The position numbers and the translations under genes are program-made. Under the pieces are notes generated by a model. It did no database searches and had not been told where the DNA came from. It saw only the letters and a program-made list of their open reading frames with translations. A stretch of DNA of 63,874 bases, the filler included, from Nemertoderma westbladi (lineage: Eukaryota; Animalia; Xenacoelomorpha), in the NCBI GenBank assembly GCA_032718475.1. It is 3 parts of 3 records of this genome, joined end to end, with 100 filler letters (N's around TTAATTAATTAA, not from the genome) between each part and the next. Parts side by side here need not be neighbours in the genome. Positions count along the whole stretch, not along the records: positions 23,584 to 54,818 come from JAUCBJ010000842.1; 2 more parts are not named here. One strand, given 5' to 3'. Positions 38,383 through 50,662 of this stretch are shown here, one piece after another; the stretch's first letter is position 1, and each line of letters opens with the position of its first letter.

Positions 38383-39187
38383 GTTGACACTGCGGTTGCT
38401 ACAGTAACTGGTAGACACTGCGGTTGCTATATAAACTGGTAGACACTGCGGTTAATATAGTAACTGGTAGACACTGCGGTTGATAGAGTAACTGGTTGAC
38501 ACTGCGGTTGCTATAGTAACTGGTAGACACTGTGGTTGATATAGTAACTGGTTGACACTGCGGTTGCTATAGTAACTGGTTGACATTGCGGTTGATATAG
38601 TAACTGGTAGACACTGTGGTTGATATAGTAACTGGTAGACACTGTGGTTGATATAGTAACTGGTTGACACTGCGGTTGCTATAGTAACTGGTTGACACTG
38701 CGGTTGATATAGTAACTGGTAGTCACTGCGGTTGCTGTAGTAACTGGTAGACACTGTGGTTGATATAGTAACTGGTAGACACTGTGGTTGATATAGTAAC
38801 TGGTTGACACTGCGGTTGCTATAGTAACTGGTTGACACTGCGGTTGATATAGTAACTGGTAGTCACTGCGGTTGCTATAGTAACAGGTAGACACTGTGGT
38901 TGATATAGTAACTGGTTGAAACTGCGGTTGCTATAGTAACTGGTTGACATTGCGGTTGATATTGTAACTGGTAGACACTGCGGTTGATAGAGTAACTGGT
39001 TGACACTGCGGTTGCTATATAAAGTGGTAGACATTGCGGTTGATATAGTAACTGGTTGACACTGCGGTTGATATAGTAACTGGTTGACACTGCGGTTGCT
39101 ATAGTAACTGGTAGACACTGTGGCTGATATAGTTACTGGTAGACACTGCGGTTGATATAGTAACTGGTAGACATTGCGGTTGATATG
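38383..39187. repeat. 28-bp minisatellite, about 29 copies
   Basis: Unit GACACTGCGGTTG(A/C)TATAGTAACTGGT(A/T), head to tail with no spacers. Confidence 0.97.
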
Positions 39188-39189
39188 AA

Positions 39190-40254
39190 CACGGTTGTTT
39201 GTGCAAAGCATTGGCCATCTGATTTCCGGACTGTTGTGGTGAAAGGGAAGAAGAAACCTATTAATCCACATTGATCAACATTGATGTCATTAAGAGATAC
39301 TGATAGATCAAGATACTGCCGAGTTTCTTAAAATTATGGTGAGATTTTGGAACATTGTTAATGTGCGAACTGTTGATGCCAATATTCGTACAAGAGATGA
39401 GGATCGTGCTGTTATAAGATCAAACTCTGATCCACGTTTACAGACATTGTTAGACATCGCTGATATGGCGGAATCAATGACCCACAAAGGTAAACCCCAA
39501 GAACGATGTCGAACGCTCACTAAAGATACTGGCAACGCTTTGTCACATACATGTCGCGGACTTGTGGACTTAGTTCGAAAGCGCTTAGAAACGTGTGAAT
39601 TTGTTATGATAGGTGACCATAACAGTGATGATGTTGAAAGCACCTTTGGTATCTTACGTCAAGGTTCTGGTGGTACGTATTTCATTAACAGCCAGCAAGC
39701 ATTACTAAAGTCTCGCATTCTGGTTGCAAGGCTTGTACTGGAACTGGGTAATGAGGTCGACGGCACTCTATATCACAGCCACGAATGTGAGAACTGTACA
39801 GCTTCACTCAATGATGCTGAATTCGAAATTCTAGACAGTCTAGATGAACTTAAAGACTCAATTTCCTGCGATAATAAATAAGCTCTTGTGTATATTGCAG
39901 GTTATATAACAAAAAATGAGAATGATAATGACGACGAGAAACAATATTACCGACAATATGGCGGTTATTTAAATAGGCTAGACCGTGGAGGTTTGAAGAA
40001 ACCTAGTGAGTGACAATACATGCAAATTTACCTTCTACTGTTTTATACTTTATATTAATTTAAAAACGCCATTTCGCCGTAAATCCCTGTGTTCGTTCTT
40101 TACTTATATCTCATCGGCTCACTCATTTCAAATTTCGCATGAATCGGTACTAAAACTAGTCAACATTTTTATTAAAAACGATTGCATATTAAAAACACCC
40201 CGTTCTTCGAAAGAGAGTGCTCAAAAGAAAATAAAATTATCGGATTCCTATTAG
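39190..40254 (+). pseudogene. P-element/THAP9-like transposase, C-terminal relic
   Basis: RFWNIVNV, LTKDTGNALSHT, NSDDVESTFGILRQGSGGTYFI, LVYIAGY, LDRGGLKKPS. Confidence 0.75.
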
Positions 40255-42965
40255 AAACGTTTACTATTATATATAATTGATTATAATTACAAATGACTTA
40301 ACTATAACTATATATACAGTAGTTATAAATAATAACTATACAATGTACTACTATTGCTATTTAATTTGTGCTACCGCTATATAATGTAATACTTATATTT
40401 GTGGATTTGTGCTATATTCGACATGTAAAGTTGTACTTGAAAATAACCAAATTATTGAAGATATATGAAGATAACATACTTCGTGTCACCTTTTCATTCC
40501 TTTCTCTTAGATAACTGTGCAGAACGTACTATTTGCAATAAATTGAGACTAATCGCAATGTAAATCAGTTGATCTTTAGGTAAAGGATCTTTTGATTTTC
40601 TTTATCTAAAAAGATCAATGGATCTACAGTACGATTATGACATCGCAAGGCACCTTCCTTCCTTTTCTGGATAAATTGAATTTTCACCAAACACCAAATT
40701 CTAGTTTCTGTCCAACTTAGTGGTAGATTTGTTGTTTGTGATCGGATTAAATTGGATTTTAACTATAATCTAACTATAAATGATAATCTAAACTGTAGTA
40801 TAACCATACCCCTAGTCGATTTTTCACAATTATTGATGGTTCTGGTCTGTACAGGCACAATGTATGTTAAAATTGGAGTAAACGTGTTCAGCCTCCAGTG
40901 GATCTTCACTGCTGCACGGTTGCACGGCCTTTAGTACAGTAGGCCTTGTTTAGTACATTTTACTACCTGCATAGTTCCTTTGCGACTAGGCCAGCTCAGT
41001 GCCAGGAGGCCAATCTCTTTGGCCTCCTGGCCTCCTGTGTATGGGTTAGTGGCTGTCTAATTTCTTGGGAAGACTTTAGTAGTAAATTTCGAAATTTCGG
41101 GGAATTCCATTCTACAGCAGATAATTGGTTTTACATGCTGGGGCGGCATAAGCTAAGAGCCATTACACATGCTATGCCTTTACTTTGTTAGTGGTCTGTC
41201 GCTGTCGGCACCCCAAGCTAATAATATACAGCAAATAGCACTGAGACCACTGACTCCTGTACTCCCTATGACATAATTTGTTGTGACTCGAATCAATTAT
41301 TTCTCCTTACAAGAAAGCAACGTATTTCCCACTTGTGGCCAGCCAGAAGGCCACAATGTCAACTGATATAATAATACCAAGGGATATTCTCATGTTAACC
41401 CCCCCCCCCCCCCCCCCCCCCCCCTTTAGAAAAATGCTTTTGTTTCAGAAAATTTGGAATGTGGATCTTTAATATATATATATATATTATTTTTTTCTAA
41501 TTTCAACTGGAAAGGGTTTTTCAGTATGCTTTCACATGGCCTCCCCCTCCGTACGCTAGTGCCCCCCCCCCCCCCCCCATTCTAATGTATTGTAGCCATC
41601 CACCCAACACATTGCGTAACTCAGAATTAAACTCCACACAGCCCATACTTTACTTTCATTACCACCACACCGCCAAGTGGAGATTCAATTGCGGCTGTTA
41701 TTTTCTGATAATCGCTGTAAATTATTATAACCTAGGCTTTAACTGGTTTAAATAACGGCTATAGCTTACAAACCTATGGTATGATATGGAAGTGGTGTCC
41801 TGTGTGCTCTGCAGACATCCTACAGAGCATAGCATTACACACACAGAGAGCAGAGAGAGAGAGAGAGAGAGAGTGAGGGCTGCTTGATTGACACACGGCT
41901 CAGTGGGAATCTAGACTTTGAAGTGCAGCGCCTTTGGTAGAACTCAATGGCAGGATTTATAAGCCTGATACATTTCAATATTTGATCAAACTTTGATCAA
42001 TGTTTGATCAAAGTTTCATCAATGTTTGATCAAAGGAATGCTTTTTGAGAGCGGGGCTGTATTCCTGCTTTCTGCTGCTCTACAGTCGCCATAATTTCAG
42101 GTCCTTTGATGGGGATATGGATATTCTTGTGAGACTTGTGAGACTCCAGTGGTCTTTTTGGTGTATATCCCAAATGGACTCTGATCCTCCTGTACACTGT
42201 CTAAATAACTTTTTCTCCCATTTGGGTTCTGAACATTTTCATCTTGACTTTGATAGTTGTTTATATTCATGCTGAATCCTTGCATGATTTTCAAACTCAG
42301 TGGTACCACAATTTGGGTTTTCTAATTGTTTTTAGTCTAATTAGATTTAACTGCATATGTAGTATAATTTGTACCTGGACAATTCGTTCCCAGACAATTC
42401 GTACCCGGAATTTTTGTATGATGGGTACGAATTGTCCAGATACATTTTATAATTAAGATACATATTTTTTTTCCAAAAAAATGTTCTAGAAAAAAATGTG
42501 TTCTAGAACAAAAATATTTATAAAAATTGATAACTAACACAAGTTCTTTTCGATCGGATCTTCATCCTCCGGCTCCGGCAAAAATATAGCCAGAGTTCAT
42601 TACTTTTTAAAATAAGCTGTGAGCTGTACATTTGGAATAGCGTCAGTTCCATAGCCTATGCCAGTGTTTCCTTCCCTAAAGGATGATTCGTTCTGCTGTA
42701 CTGCAGTACTGTCACACTGTGTGTGTGTAGGCTAGTGGTCAGTCAGCCAGTACTGCAGTAGGCCTTGGTTTGGTAATGTATTGCAGTATTGCATTGCATA
42801 GTGTGTCACACACTAGCAGATTAGACTGTAGACCTACTGAGTACTGACTGACTTAGCCTACCGGTACCGGTACATAGTTCAGTAGTTCGCTTTAGGTAGA
42901 TGATAGATGAGATGCAATAGCTGTAGTAAGTATAAATAATCTGATACCGGTACTGTAATTCTGAT

Positions 42966-44250
42966 ATGGCAAGGAAAGTATCCCCTGTTTGGGATTTTTT
43001 CATGAAGAATGAACAAGACTCTTCCATCGCGATTTGTAAAGTTGATGGGTGTTCCACCTCTATATTATATCAAGAGGTAGAAAGGGACACCCAAAGTCCT
43101 ATGGAACTGGACCTCTCTTTGGCCATCTACAATTACAATTAAAACATCACACCACCTTCAAAGAAGTGAAGATGGTGCAGGAGTCAGAGATGAACATATG
43201 AAAAGAAAGTAAGAAAACGAAAGTACGTGATACAGCCGAGACAGGATGAGGTTCCAGTACTGTCAGGAGGAGACAAAGATTCCAGAGATCCTATTACCAG
43301 TACCCAGGTCTGTGCATTGAACCCTGTTGCCTCTGCTAAACAGTTAACTATTGACCAGCTCATTAGACAGAAACGTCCCTATGAAAAGGGGGGCATAGAA
43401 ACAAGAAACCTAAACTTCAAGCTTATGGAATGGATTTGCGATGCTATGTTACCATTTACTGTAATAAACAATCCATTGTTTAAGATATTCATACAAGCCT
43501 TAGATTTCCTGTACACTGTTCCCAGTGATTTTCAGTTACGGACAGTACTAATTCCAGAGGCATATTTGCATGTAGCTCTTTGATTAAAAGAGCTACTAGA
43601 TGACTTAAATGATTATTCGGCTACTACTGATGTCTGGACCTTGAGTAAAGTGCAGTCTTTTAAAGTTTCATCGTCCACTTCATCTCCGCTACATGGCAAA
43701 GGAAAATGTTTGTGCTGCAGTGTTTGCCCTTCCCAGAAACTCACACAGCAACCAACATTGTTTCCATTCTGGGAGAGATAGTCGACAATTGGGATTTTGT
43801 TGAAAAATGCCTTGAACATGGTAAATGGCCTAGAAAATAATTGTTGGCCTGTGGTTGTTTCAACCACGGTTTACATTTCGTCGTCACCATGCACTGAAAG
43901 ATATGGGTGATAGTGTTCGAGTTCGAGGTGATACTGAGTCTGATATATCAATTATAATTAACAAAGTTCGCAAAACTGTCGCCTATTTTAGAAGAAGCAC
44001 AAAAGCTATTGAATGGGTTTCATTACAGAAGGTAGGCCCTAAATCTAAACGTATAAATTTAAATATATACAGTATAATAATACTGAATGTTGATGTTTTA
44101 GTCTTCAATTTCTGGATTATTTGACAATTATTAACCAGGCCCTAAACATAGATATAATATTAAATGAATAATAATAACAACAATTGAATATAGGTTATGA
44201 AACTGCTGAAGCCATTCACTGAAATATCAACGAAGTGCGAATGTAAGGAC
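42966..44250 (+). pseudogene. hAT transposase with BED finger, intron-containing, left piece
   Basis: SPVWDFF...AICKVDGC, DAMLPFTVINNPLF, SATTDVWT, KVRKTVAYFRRS, LLKPF; GT donor at 44032; many lesions. Confidence 0.8.
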
Positions 44251-44341
44251 TCATCTCAGAAACAATTCACTATACGCATGCAGTAAGCACAGGCATGTTA
44301 TCTTTATTTATTTATTATTTCCTGTTTATTATATGTTATCT

Positions 44342-44545
44342 TGGCAGCCTCATGGAGTGAATAAGCATGGTGGACAGCCCATGACTTTCTTGAGACGCAT
44401 CTTAAAGGACACTGGCCTTAAAGATGCGGATGATCTAGCAAATGTCATGGGTGATAGGGAGTTGTGGCGGTGCAATTTTGTTGACAAGCCGGCACAGCAT
44501 TCTTAAAAATGCAGCTGCAATGCAGCATGCTGATCCTAGTAGTAG
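44342..44545 (+). mobile_element. RTE-clade LINE 3' fragment
   Basis: TSD TATATGTTATCT (44330-44341 and 44546-44557); encodes WQPHG...DRELWR; (TAG)n tail; near-identical to 54114-54310. Confidence 0.88.
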
Positions 44546-44929
44546 TATATGTTATCTAAATACAAATGTTGATAAATAAAATCAAATGCTTGTATGGTTA
44601 CAAATGTTTTATTTAATTATTAAGACACAACAAGCGGGTAAATGCCGTACTGGTAGGTAACAAAATACATTAATTAAAATCAAACAACTTAACCATTGTA
44701 CCAATGCATTGCATTGGTGCATTGCATTGCATTGCATTGGTCCGCACCTACTGTTACCGCTGTACTGCCTATGCAGTAATGGAATAGAGTCTGCATACTG
44801 CTAGGCCTAACTGCCATTACTTTCTGTATTTACTTTTTTCGCGAACATAAACGACTCAGATTATTGCTGTAAACCGCACTCGGTCGTCTGAGAAAGTAGT
44901 CTCCGATATCAGTTATACTCTCGACCATC

Positions 44930-45675
44930 ATGCCTCAAAAATCCACAAAAGACAACGTTACTCGATCGAGCTCTCCCGCACTGCCTCGCCCCACCTCGAT
45001 GCCGATATCGACGCGACCGGTACCGTTACCGGTTCAGGTGCAAACCAAATTGCTGAGGTCCTAGCTGCTATTTCTGCATTAAACCGCGAACTGTCCATTA
45101 TCAAGTCTGATATTACCGTAATTAAAAAGGAAACAGCCGGACTTGCCGAAATCAAATTGCGTGTCGATGCTATGGAAAGCAAAATCAATGTTGCTATCCC
45201 GGAGAAACTGTCTGTACTTGATGATCGCATCGATGATCTTGAGCAACACTCACGGAACTACAACTTGTTAGTACACGGTGTAGAAGAGGAAAAATCGCTG
45301 ACGGCATCGATTCAACTCCTCAGTTTAAATAAACAAGACATTGACAACTTCCATCGCCTGGGAGCCAAGCGTAACGATCCACGGTCTAAACCTCGCGCGA
45401 TTATTATTCGATTCGTAAGCAGGATGCGCCGCGATCAGGTGATGAAAGAGAAGAAGGGCAAACTAGCGAGCGGGGCCTATATTACAGAACATCTCACGGT
45501 GCACCGGGCCTCGTTGCTGCGCACTCTAAAGGATCTAAAAAAGAAGGGGAGCCTCCACTCTGCCTACTCTGTTAATGGAGTTATTCTCGCTAAGGTTGAA
45601 GAACAACAACGTCCGATTCAAATAACCTGTGCGGACGACATTCAAATCAAGTTGGGGATCCCGATTACTATCTAA
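44930..45675 (+). CDS. LINE ORF1 (coiled coil + RRM-like); probable 1-nt lesion near the start
   Basis: DDLEQHSRNYNLLVHGVEE, HRLG, PRAIIIRFVSR, YITEHLT; frame open from 44851 but the ATG at 44930 is out of frame. Confidence 0.8.
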
Positions 45676-46195
45676 TCATGTGTTATCCTCCACTGTTTAT
45701 TTTATTTCGGTAATTTAACAGCTGGGAATCTTAGTCCTAGCCCCAGGAACCTGGATTACTTAATCTGACAACTTTATATTACTTCACAAATACGTATAAA
45801 CAAATTTCCCCATCCGTAAATCTAATACGGCAGATTGGCCGAGCAGATATGCACTTATTATATGCATTTATTTAGCTGCTTGGTTTATCTTTATTTACGC
45901 TAGTTTAAAGCTCTAGATTTAGTTCTAGTGTTCTTAGTACATTATACATTAAGTGAATGTTGGCTGCGCAACCTCAAGTAGTCCTAATTTTAATCTTTTA
46001 ATTTTGTTAACTTAACACAGGCTTTAACACGGCCGACAAACCGTGTTGCTCTTTCTGTTTCAGTTTTTTTTTTAACCAAACGAGTGTCCTATTTTCTGTA
46101 CTTTATGCGAACGATATTTTCATTTACCTTGCTGTACCGGTACCACCAGCGAAGAACCCCTACCCCCATCCACTGGTATATATTGTATATACTGC

Positions 46196-49100
46196 ATGGA
46201 AAACATTTTGCCTTTTTTTAATGCTGATTATAGTGACCCCGATGTTTTTACCCCTATTGTACCCAGAGAATACCGTCGTGAATGTCGTAAACTATTAGGC
46301 CAAAGTTTAAACACCGATAACATAGATAATTATTTACCAGATGATGACATAGATCACAATTCTCCTTTTTCCCAAATTGACCCAGATTTTAATATACCTG
46401 CCAATTTTCACTGTGATAATTATTACGATAGCGATATGTTTAATACTAACTTAGGAAATGAGAATAATAAAAATAACCTTTCAATTCTCCACCTGAACTG
46501 TTGCAGTTTGCAAACCAACTTAAATGACGTTAATTTATTTTTGGATTCTCTAGCCTTAAAATTCCACATCGTTGCCTTCTCCGAAACCTTTTCAAAGAAT
46601 GATTCGCGAGTCAATCTTTACAATATTCCTGGCTACCATAAACCTTTTTTACACCACCGGCCTAATATGGCCCGTGGTGGCGTTGCCATTTTTGTCCGGG
46701 AGGACATACCTTTTTGTATTGAACGCCCGGATCTCCAGATTGCCAATGTTGAAAATGTTTGGATTGAATTAAAATTGAAAAACTGTATGAAATCTCTACT
46801 CGTAGCCTGTATTTATCGTAGTGGTAAAGTAAGCTGTGATACTTTTCTGTCGGACCTCGATAGCAATCTTTTACAAATTAGTCGCAAAAGCCATGATATT
46901 TTAATTACTGGGGATTTTAACCTAGATGCCATAAACCCATCTAGTTTCTACATCCGCTATAACAAAATCTACAATAGCCATGGTTTACATCAAATAATTA
47001 ATAAGCCGACAAGAGTTACATTACATTCAAAATCAACCATTGACCATATTTTAACCAATTCTCAAAAAAATATTATACAGTCAGGTGTGTTTCCAATACA
47101 GATTGGAAATGCTGATCATTTTGCGGTTTTTGCAATATTCCAAAAAAATTCTAGTTATTTTCTCGATCAACCTAAAAAATTCCGTTATGACTTCTCACAT
47201 TTTAACAAAGAAAAGTTTCTCACTGATCTGCGCGATCGCAACTCCTGGTCATATGGTTTGCAAGACTCAGACAGCGACAAGAGCTTTGAGGCCTTTAACG
47301 ATAATTTTATTAATATCACGAGAAGACATGTCCCTATGGTCGAGATTAGACCCACCGATATTTGTCGTAAACCCTGGCTTACTCAAAAGTTATTGGCTAA
47401 AGTAAAAAAAAAATACAGTCTGTATAGTATCTATATTAAAAATAAGTCAGCTCCCAATTTTGAGTTATATAAAAAATACCGTAACCAATTGACACTGGAA
47501 TTGCGAACCGCAGAGAAAAAATATTTTTATCTTCAATTTATAAAAAACCAAGGAAATATGAAAGCCACGTGGCGACTTATAAACTCGGTTTTATCAGGAT
47601 CGGCTAATCGTACATGCCCGGTTCAAATAAAAGTGGATGCCCCCCTAGAGACTGGTGTCCAGCCCGCACAAACCCCTTTACAACCGCTAATAGAGACTGC
47701 TGCCCACCCTGTCCAACCCCCTCCAGTACCCTCCCTGGAGACTGCCGCCCACCCTGTCCATGTCCAACCCCCACCAGAACCCCACCTGGAGACTGCTGTC
47801 CACCCAGCACAACCCTCTTTACCACACCCCCCAGAGTGTCCAGCCTGCACAATCCCTTTTACAACCGCCCCTAGAGACGGCTGTCCTCCCTGCACAACCC
47901 CCCTAGAGACTACTGTCCACCCTGCTCAACCCCCTTTACAACCATTTCTAGACACGGCTGTCCAATTCCCAATACAACCGCCCATAGAGATTGTTGTCCT
48001 CTCTTCACAACCCGTAATACAACAGATCGAAAATACAAAACCCTCACAACCCCCAATACAACCTTCACAACCCTCAATACAAAAGGACGAAAATACGAAA
48101 ATTATTTCAGATCCCATAGAAATTGCAGAGTCATTTAACGAATTGTTTTCTTCTATCGGTCCGAAACTGGCCTCCAATATTCCGGATAGTCCGATTAACC
48201 CCATATCTTATTTAAGAGCATCACTTCCAAACTCCTTCTCCTTATCAGAAGATTCAAACGAGGAAGTATTGAATATAATTCATGATATTCCAGAAAACAA
48301 ATCAACGAGTGATTGTTTCCCTATTAAATTAATTAAAATAGGGGCGGGTATATTAGCATTACACTTAACTATATTAATTAATTGCTGCATTCGAAATGCA
48401 GTTTATCCATCGTTTATGAAAATCGCTAAAGTAATACCAATTTATAAAGGCGGCAGCCCTCTAGACCGGACGAATTACAGACCAATTTCTATTCTAAGCA
48501 TCTTTTCAAAAATTTTTGAAAAAATAATCTACATCCAACTTCTTGGTTTCATATCGAAAAACAAAATTATTAACTTAAATCAATTTGGTTACCAGAAAAA
48601 TGTATCGACGTACCATGCCCTTCTACAGTTAACAGAAAAAATTCGTCAAATCCTAGACATCAAGCATACATCCTGTGTTATATACTTAGACCTTAAAAAG
48701 GTGTTCGATACAATTGATCACACAATACTACTAAAAAAGCTAGAAACTTATGGTGTGAGAGGTCTGCCGCTAAAATTAATAGCTAGCTATCTGAGCAACC
48801 GTAGACAGTACGTAGCCGTTGGTAGCAATATCTCCGGTACACTGAATCTCATATGCGGTACCCCTCAAGGATCCCTGTTGAGTGTCTTATTGTTTATTAT
48901 CTATATCAATGACCTACCCAATTGTACCAGTCTTTTAGCAGTCCTTTTTGCCGACGACACGAGTTTAACCCACAGTTCTCATTCACCTGAACCACTATTA
49001 ACAGAAGCTAATTTCGAACTTGAAAAAGTGTCCGACTGGTTAGTAGCCAACAAACTGTCACTAAACCTTTCAAAAACAGAGTACATGATTATATCAAACA

Positions 49101-49780
49101 AAAAATATTACTCCTCCAGTGCCCCAATGCTACAAATTAAAAATAAAGCAATAACCGAAACTTTGACCACTAAATACTTAGGGCTGTGGATAGATTCTGA
49201 CATGTCTTGGAAGACACACACAAACTATATACACAAAAAAATATCAAAATCCATTGGAATATTTTACAAGTTACGTTATGTCCTCCCACGACAAATGTTG
49301 CGGGTACTCTACTTTACACTAATCCATCCGTACATCTGTTATGCTCTTATTGTTTGGGGTAACACACATCATACTTTCATTCACCCGCTCAAGGTGTGCG
49401 TTAATAAGGTACTAAGAGCCATAACATTTTCTGACTCCCGATCCTCGGCAAGTCCACTCTACAAAGAGCTAGGAATTCTTCCAATTGAAAAGCTGTACAT
49501 ACAGCAAGTAGCTTTGGCAATGTTTGATACATCCAACAATCTCGACAAATCTAATCTGTCAAATTTATTTTCTAAGGTCTCAGAAATCCACACATATAAC
49601 ACGAGAGCGACAACATCAAAAAATTACTATTTCCCCAATGTCCGTCTCGTAGTCGCGCACCGCTCATTTAAATTTCAGGGAGTCAAAATTTGGAATGACC
49701 TGCCCGAAAATATTCGGGCTTCAAAATCAAAACATACATTTACTAAACTTTTAAAAAAATACCTCCTGGAAAACGCTTAA
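46196..49780 (+). CDS. LINE ORF2, APE endonuclease + reverse transcriptase, 1194 aa, uninterrupted
   Basis: FSETF, TGDFN, TIDHI, ADH; NYRPISIL, DLKKVFDTIDH, GTPQGS, FADD, KYLG, WNDLP. Confidence 0.95.
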   Translation: MENILPFFNADYSDPDVFTPIVPREYRRECRKLLGQSLNTDNIDNYLPDDDIDHNSPFSQIDPDFNIPANFHCDNYYDSDMFNTNLGNENNKNNLSILHLNCCSLQTNLNDVNLFLDSLALKFHIVAFSETFSKNDSRVNLYNIPGYHKPFLHHRPNMARGGVAIFVREDIPFCIERPDLQIANVENVWIELKLKNCMKSLLVACIYRSGKVSCDTFLSDLDSNLLQISRKSHDILITGDFNLDAINPSSFYIRYNKIYNSHGLHQIINKPTRVTLHSKSTIDHILTNSQKNIIQSGVFPIQIGNADHFAVFAIFQKNSSYFLDQPKKFRYDFSHFNKEKFLTDLRDRNSWSYGLQDSDSDKSFEAFNDNFINITRRHVPMVEIRPTDICRKPWLTQKLLAKVKKKYSLYSIYIKNKSAPNFELYKKYRNQLTLELRTAEKKYFYLQFIKNQGNMKATWRLINSVLSGSANRTCPVQIKVDAPLETGVQPAQTPLQPLIETAAHPVQPPPVPSLETAAHPVHVQPPPEPHLETAVHPAQPSLPHPPECPACTIPFTTAPRDGCPPCTTPLETTVHPAQPPLQPFLDTAVQFPIQPPIEIVVLSSQPVIQQIENTKPSQPPIQPSQPSIQKDENTKIISDPIEIAESFNELFSSIGPKLASNIPDSPINPISYLRASLPNSFSLSEDSNEEVLNIIHDIPENKSTSDCFPIKLIKIGAGILALHLTILINCCIRNAVYPSFMKIAKVIPIYKGGSPLDRTNYRPISILSIFSKIFEKIIYIQLLGFISKNKIINLNQFGYQKNVSTYHALLQLTEKIRQILDIKHTSCVIYLDLKKVFDTIDHTILLKKLETYGVRGLPLKLIASYLSNRRQYVAVGSNISGTLNLICGTPQGSLLSVLLFIIYINDLPNCTSLLAVLFADDTSLTHSSHSPEPLLTEANFELEKVSDWLVANKLSLNLSKTEYMIISNKKYYSSSAPMLQIKNKAITETLTTKYLGLWIDSDMSWKTHTNYIHKKISKSIGIFYKLRYVLPRQMLRVLYFTLIHPYICYALIVWGNTHHTFIHPLKVCVNKVLRAITFSDSRSSASPLYKELGILPIEKLYIQQVALAMFDTSNNLDKSNLSNLFSKVSEIHTYNTRATTSKNYYFPNVRLVVAHRSFKFQGVKIWNDLPENIRASKSKHTFTKLLKKYLLENA

Positions 49781-50439
49781 TTAATATTAGAATTGTTTAT
49801 AAATATTAATACAAATTATACTAATATGTAAAAATTAATCAACTCTTATTTCCCTTTCCTAATGGTCCATTCTTTGTGATGATCGCATTTTATTTATTTA
49901 TTTTTATTTTTTGTTAAAAATTATAATATGATTTCTCGTTTCCTAGGTTGTAATAATTGATATTATTACTGTAATAACTTATAGAAATAACAAATTTGGT
50001 ACACACACTTTAAATAAACATTGGAATCAGAAAATTCACGGTGGTCTTCGCTTTTCAATTCTCATAAGATTAATTTTTTTTTTCGCTTTACCTTCTATGC
50101 TATTTCTCTTGCTTTGTCTTTCTTGGTGTGCTTCTATTGTGCAGTAATCTTTCACTTAAAAATATCTTGTACATGTGAGTAGATTATTTTCACTCATTTT
50201 CCATAAAAATATCATGGACGCGGCGCAGTCCAACTCAAATTTCGAGTATTTGCATGAAATCCACGAACTAGTGGCACTTGCTACTATGTGGATTTCATTC
50301 GAATTCGGATCCTCACCCAATAATTAAATGTATCTATATTACTTTATTTCGTTTTTGCTATCGTGCTGGTGCTGGGTCTGTCGTACCATATTTTATTGGA
50401 ATTATTAAAGTTCAAAGTTCAAGTAAGTTTAAGTTGCAT

Positions 50440-50662
50440 TAACCAATGCAAACTGCTGATCTGAGAGCACATCACAGGCAGCCTCGGTTTCGCCCAAAAG
50501 GAGGCTTTATCAGGTTAACAAGGTACCTTGTTAACCTGATAAAGCCCTCCTAACAAGGGTTATTAAAGCAGTTGGAGCGATATTTCGGTGGTAGAGATAA
50601 CTGTGAGCATTTCGAACATCTTTGCACTAGCTACGCTCTTAGACCCAAAGTTTAAGAAACAA
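50440..50662 (+). pseudogene. hAT transposase, right piece
   Basis: GLLKQLERYF...LATLLDPKFKKQ followed by a GTGAGT donor. Confidence 0.7.

Larger units (their letters stand above)
44800..50425 (+). mobile_element. Near full-length CR1-group LINE (ORF1 + ORF2)
   Basis: Two ORFs, long AT-rich 3' UTR, AAAGTTC repeat tail near 50405-50425; 5' end approximate, no TSD found. Confidence 0.85.

Noticed and set aside
38383-39187. CRISPR-like array and the short - strand ORFs over it
   Set aside because: Units are contiguous with no unique spacers and no cas genes; the ORFs are repeat artefacts.
41399-41580. Long poly-C runs as G-quadruplex elements (also near 5672, 12900, 60670, 62335)
   Set aside because: Simple homopolymers of unreliable length; no evidence of function.
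41880-41955. tRNA-like or SINE head
   Set aside because: No convincing B box or cloverleaf.
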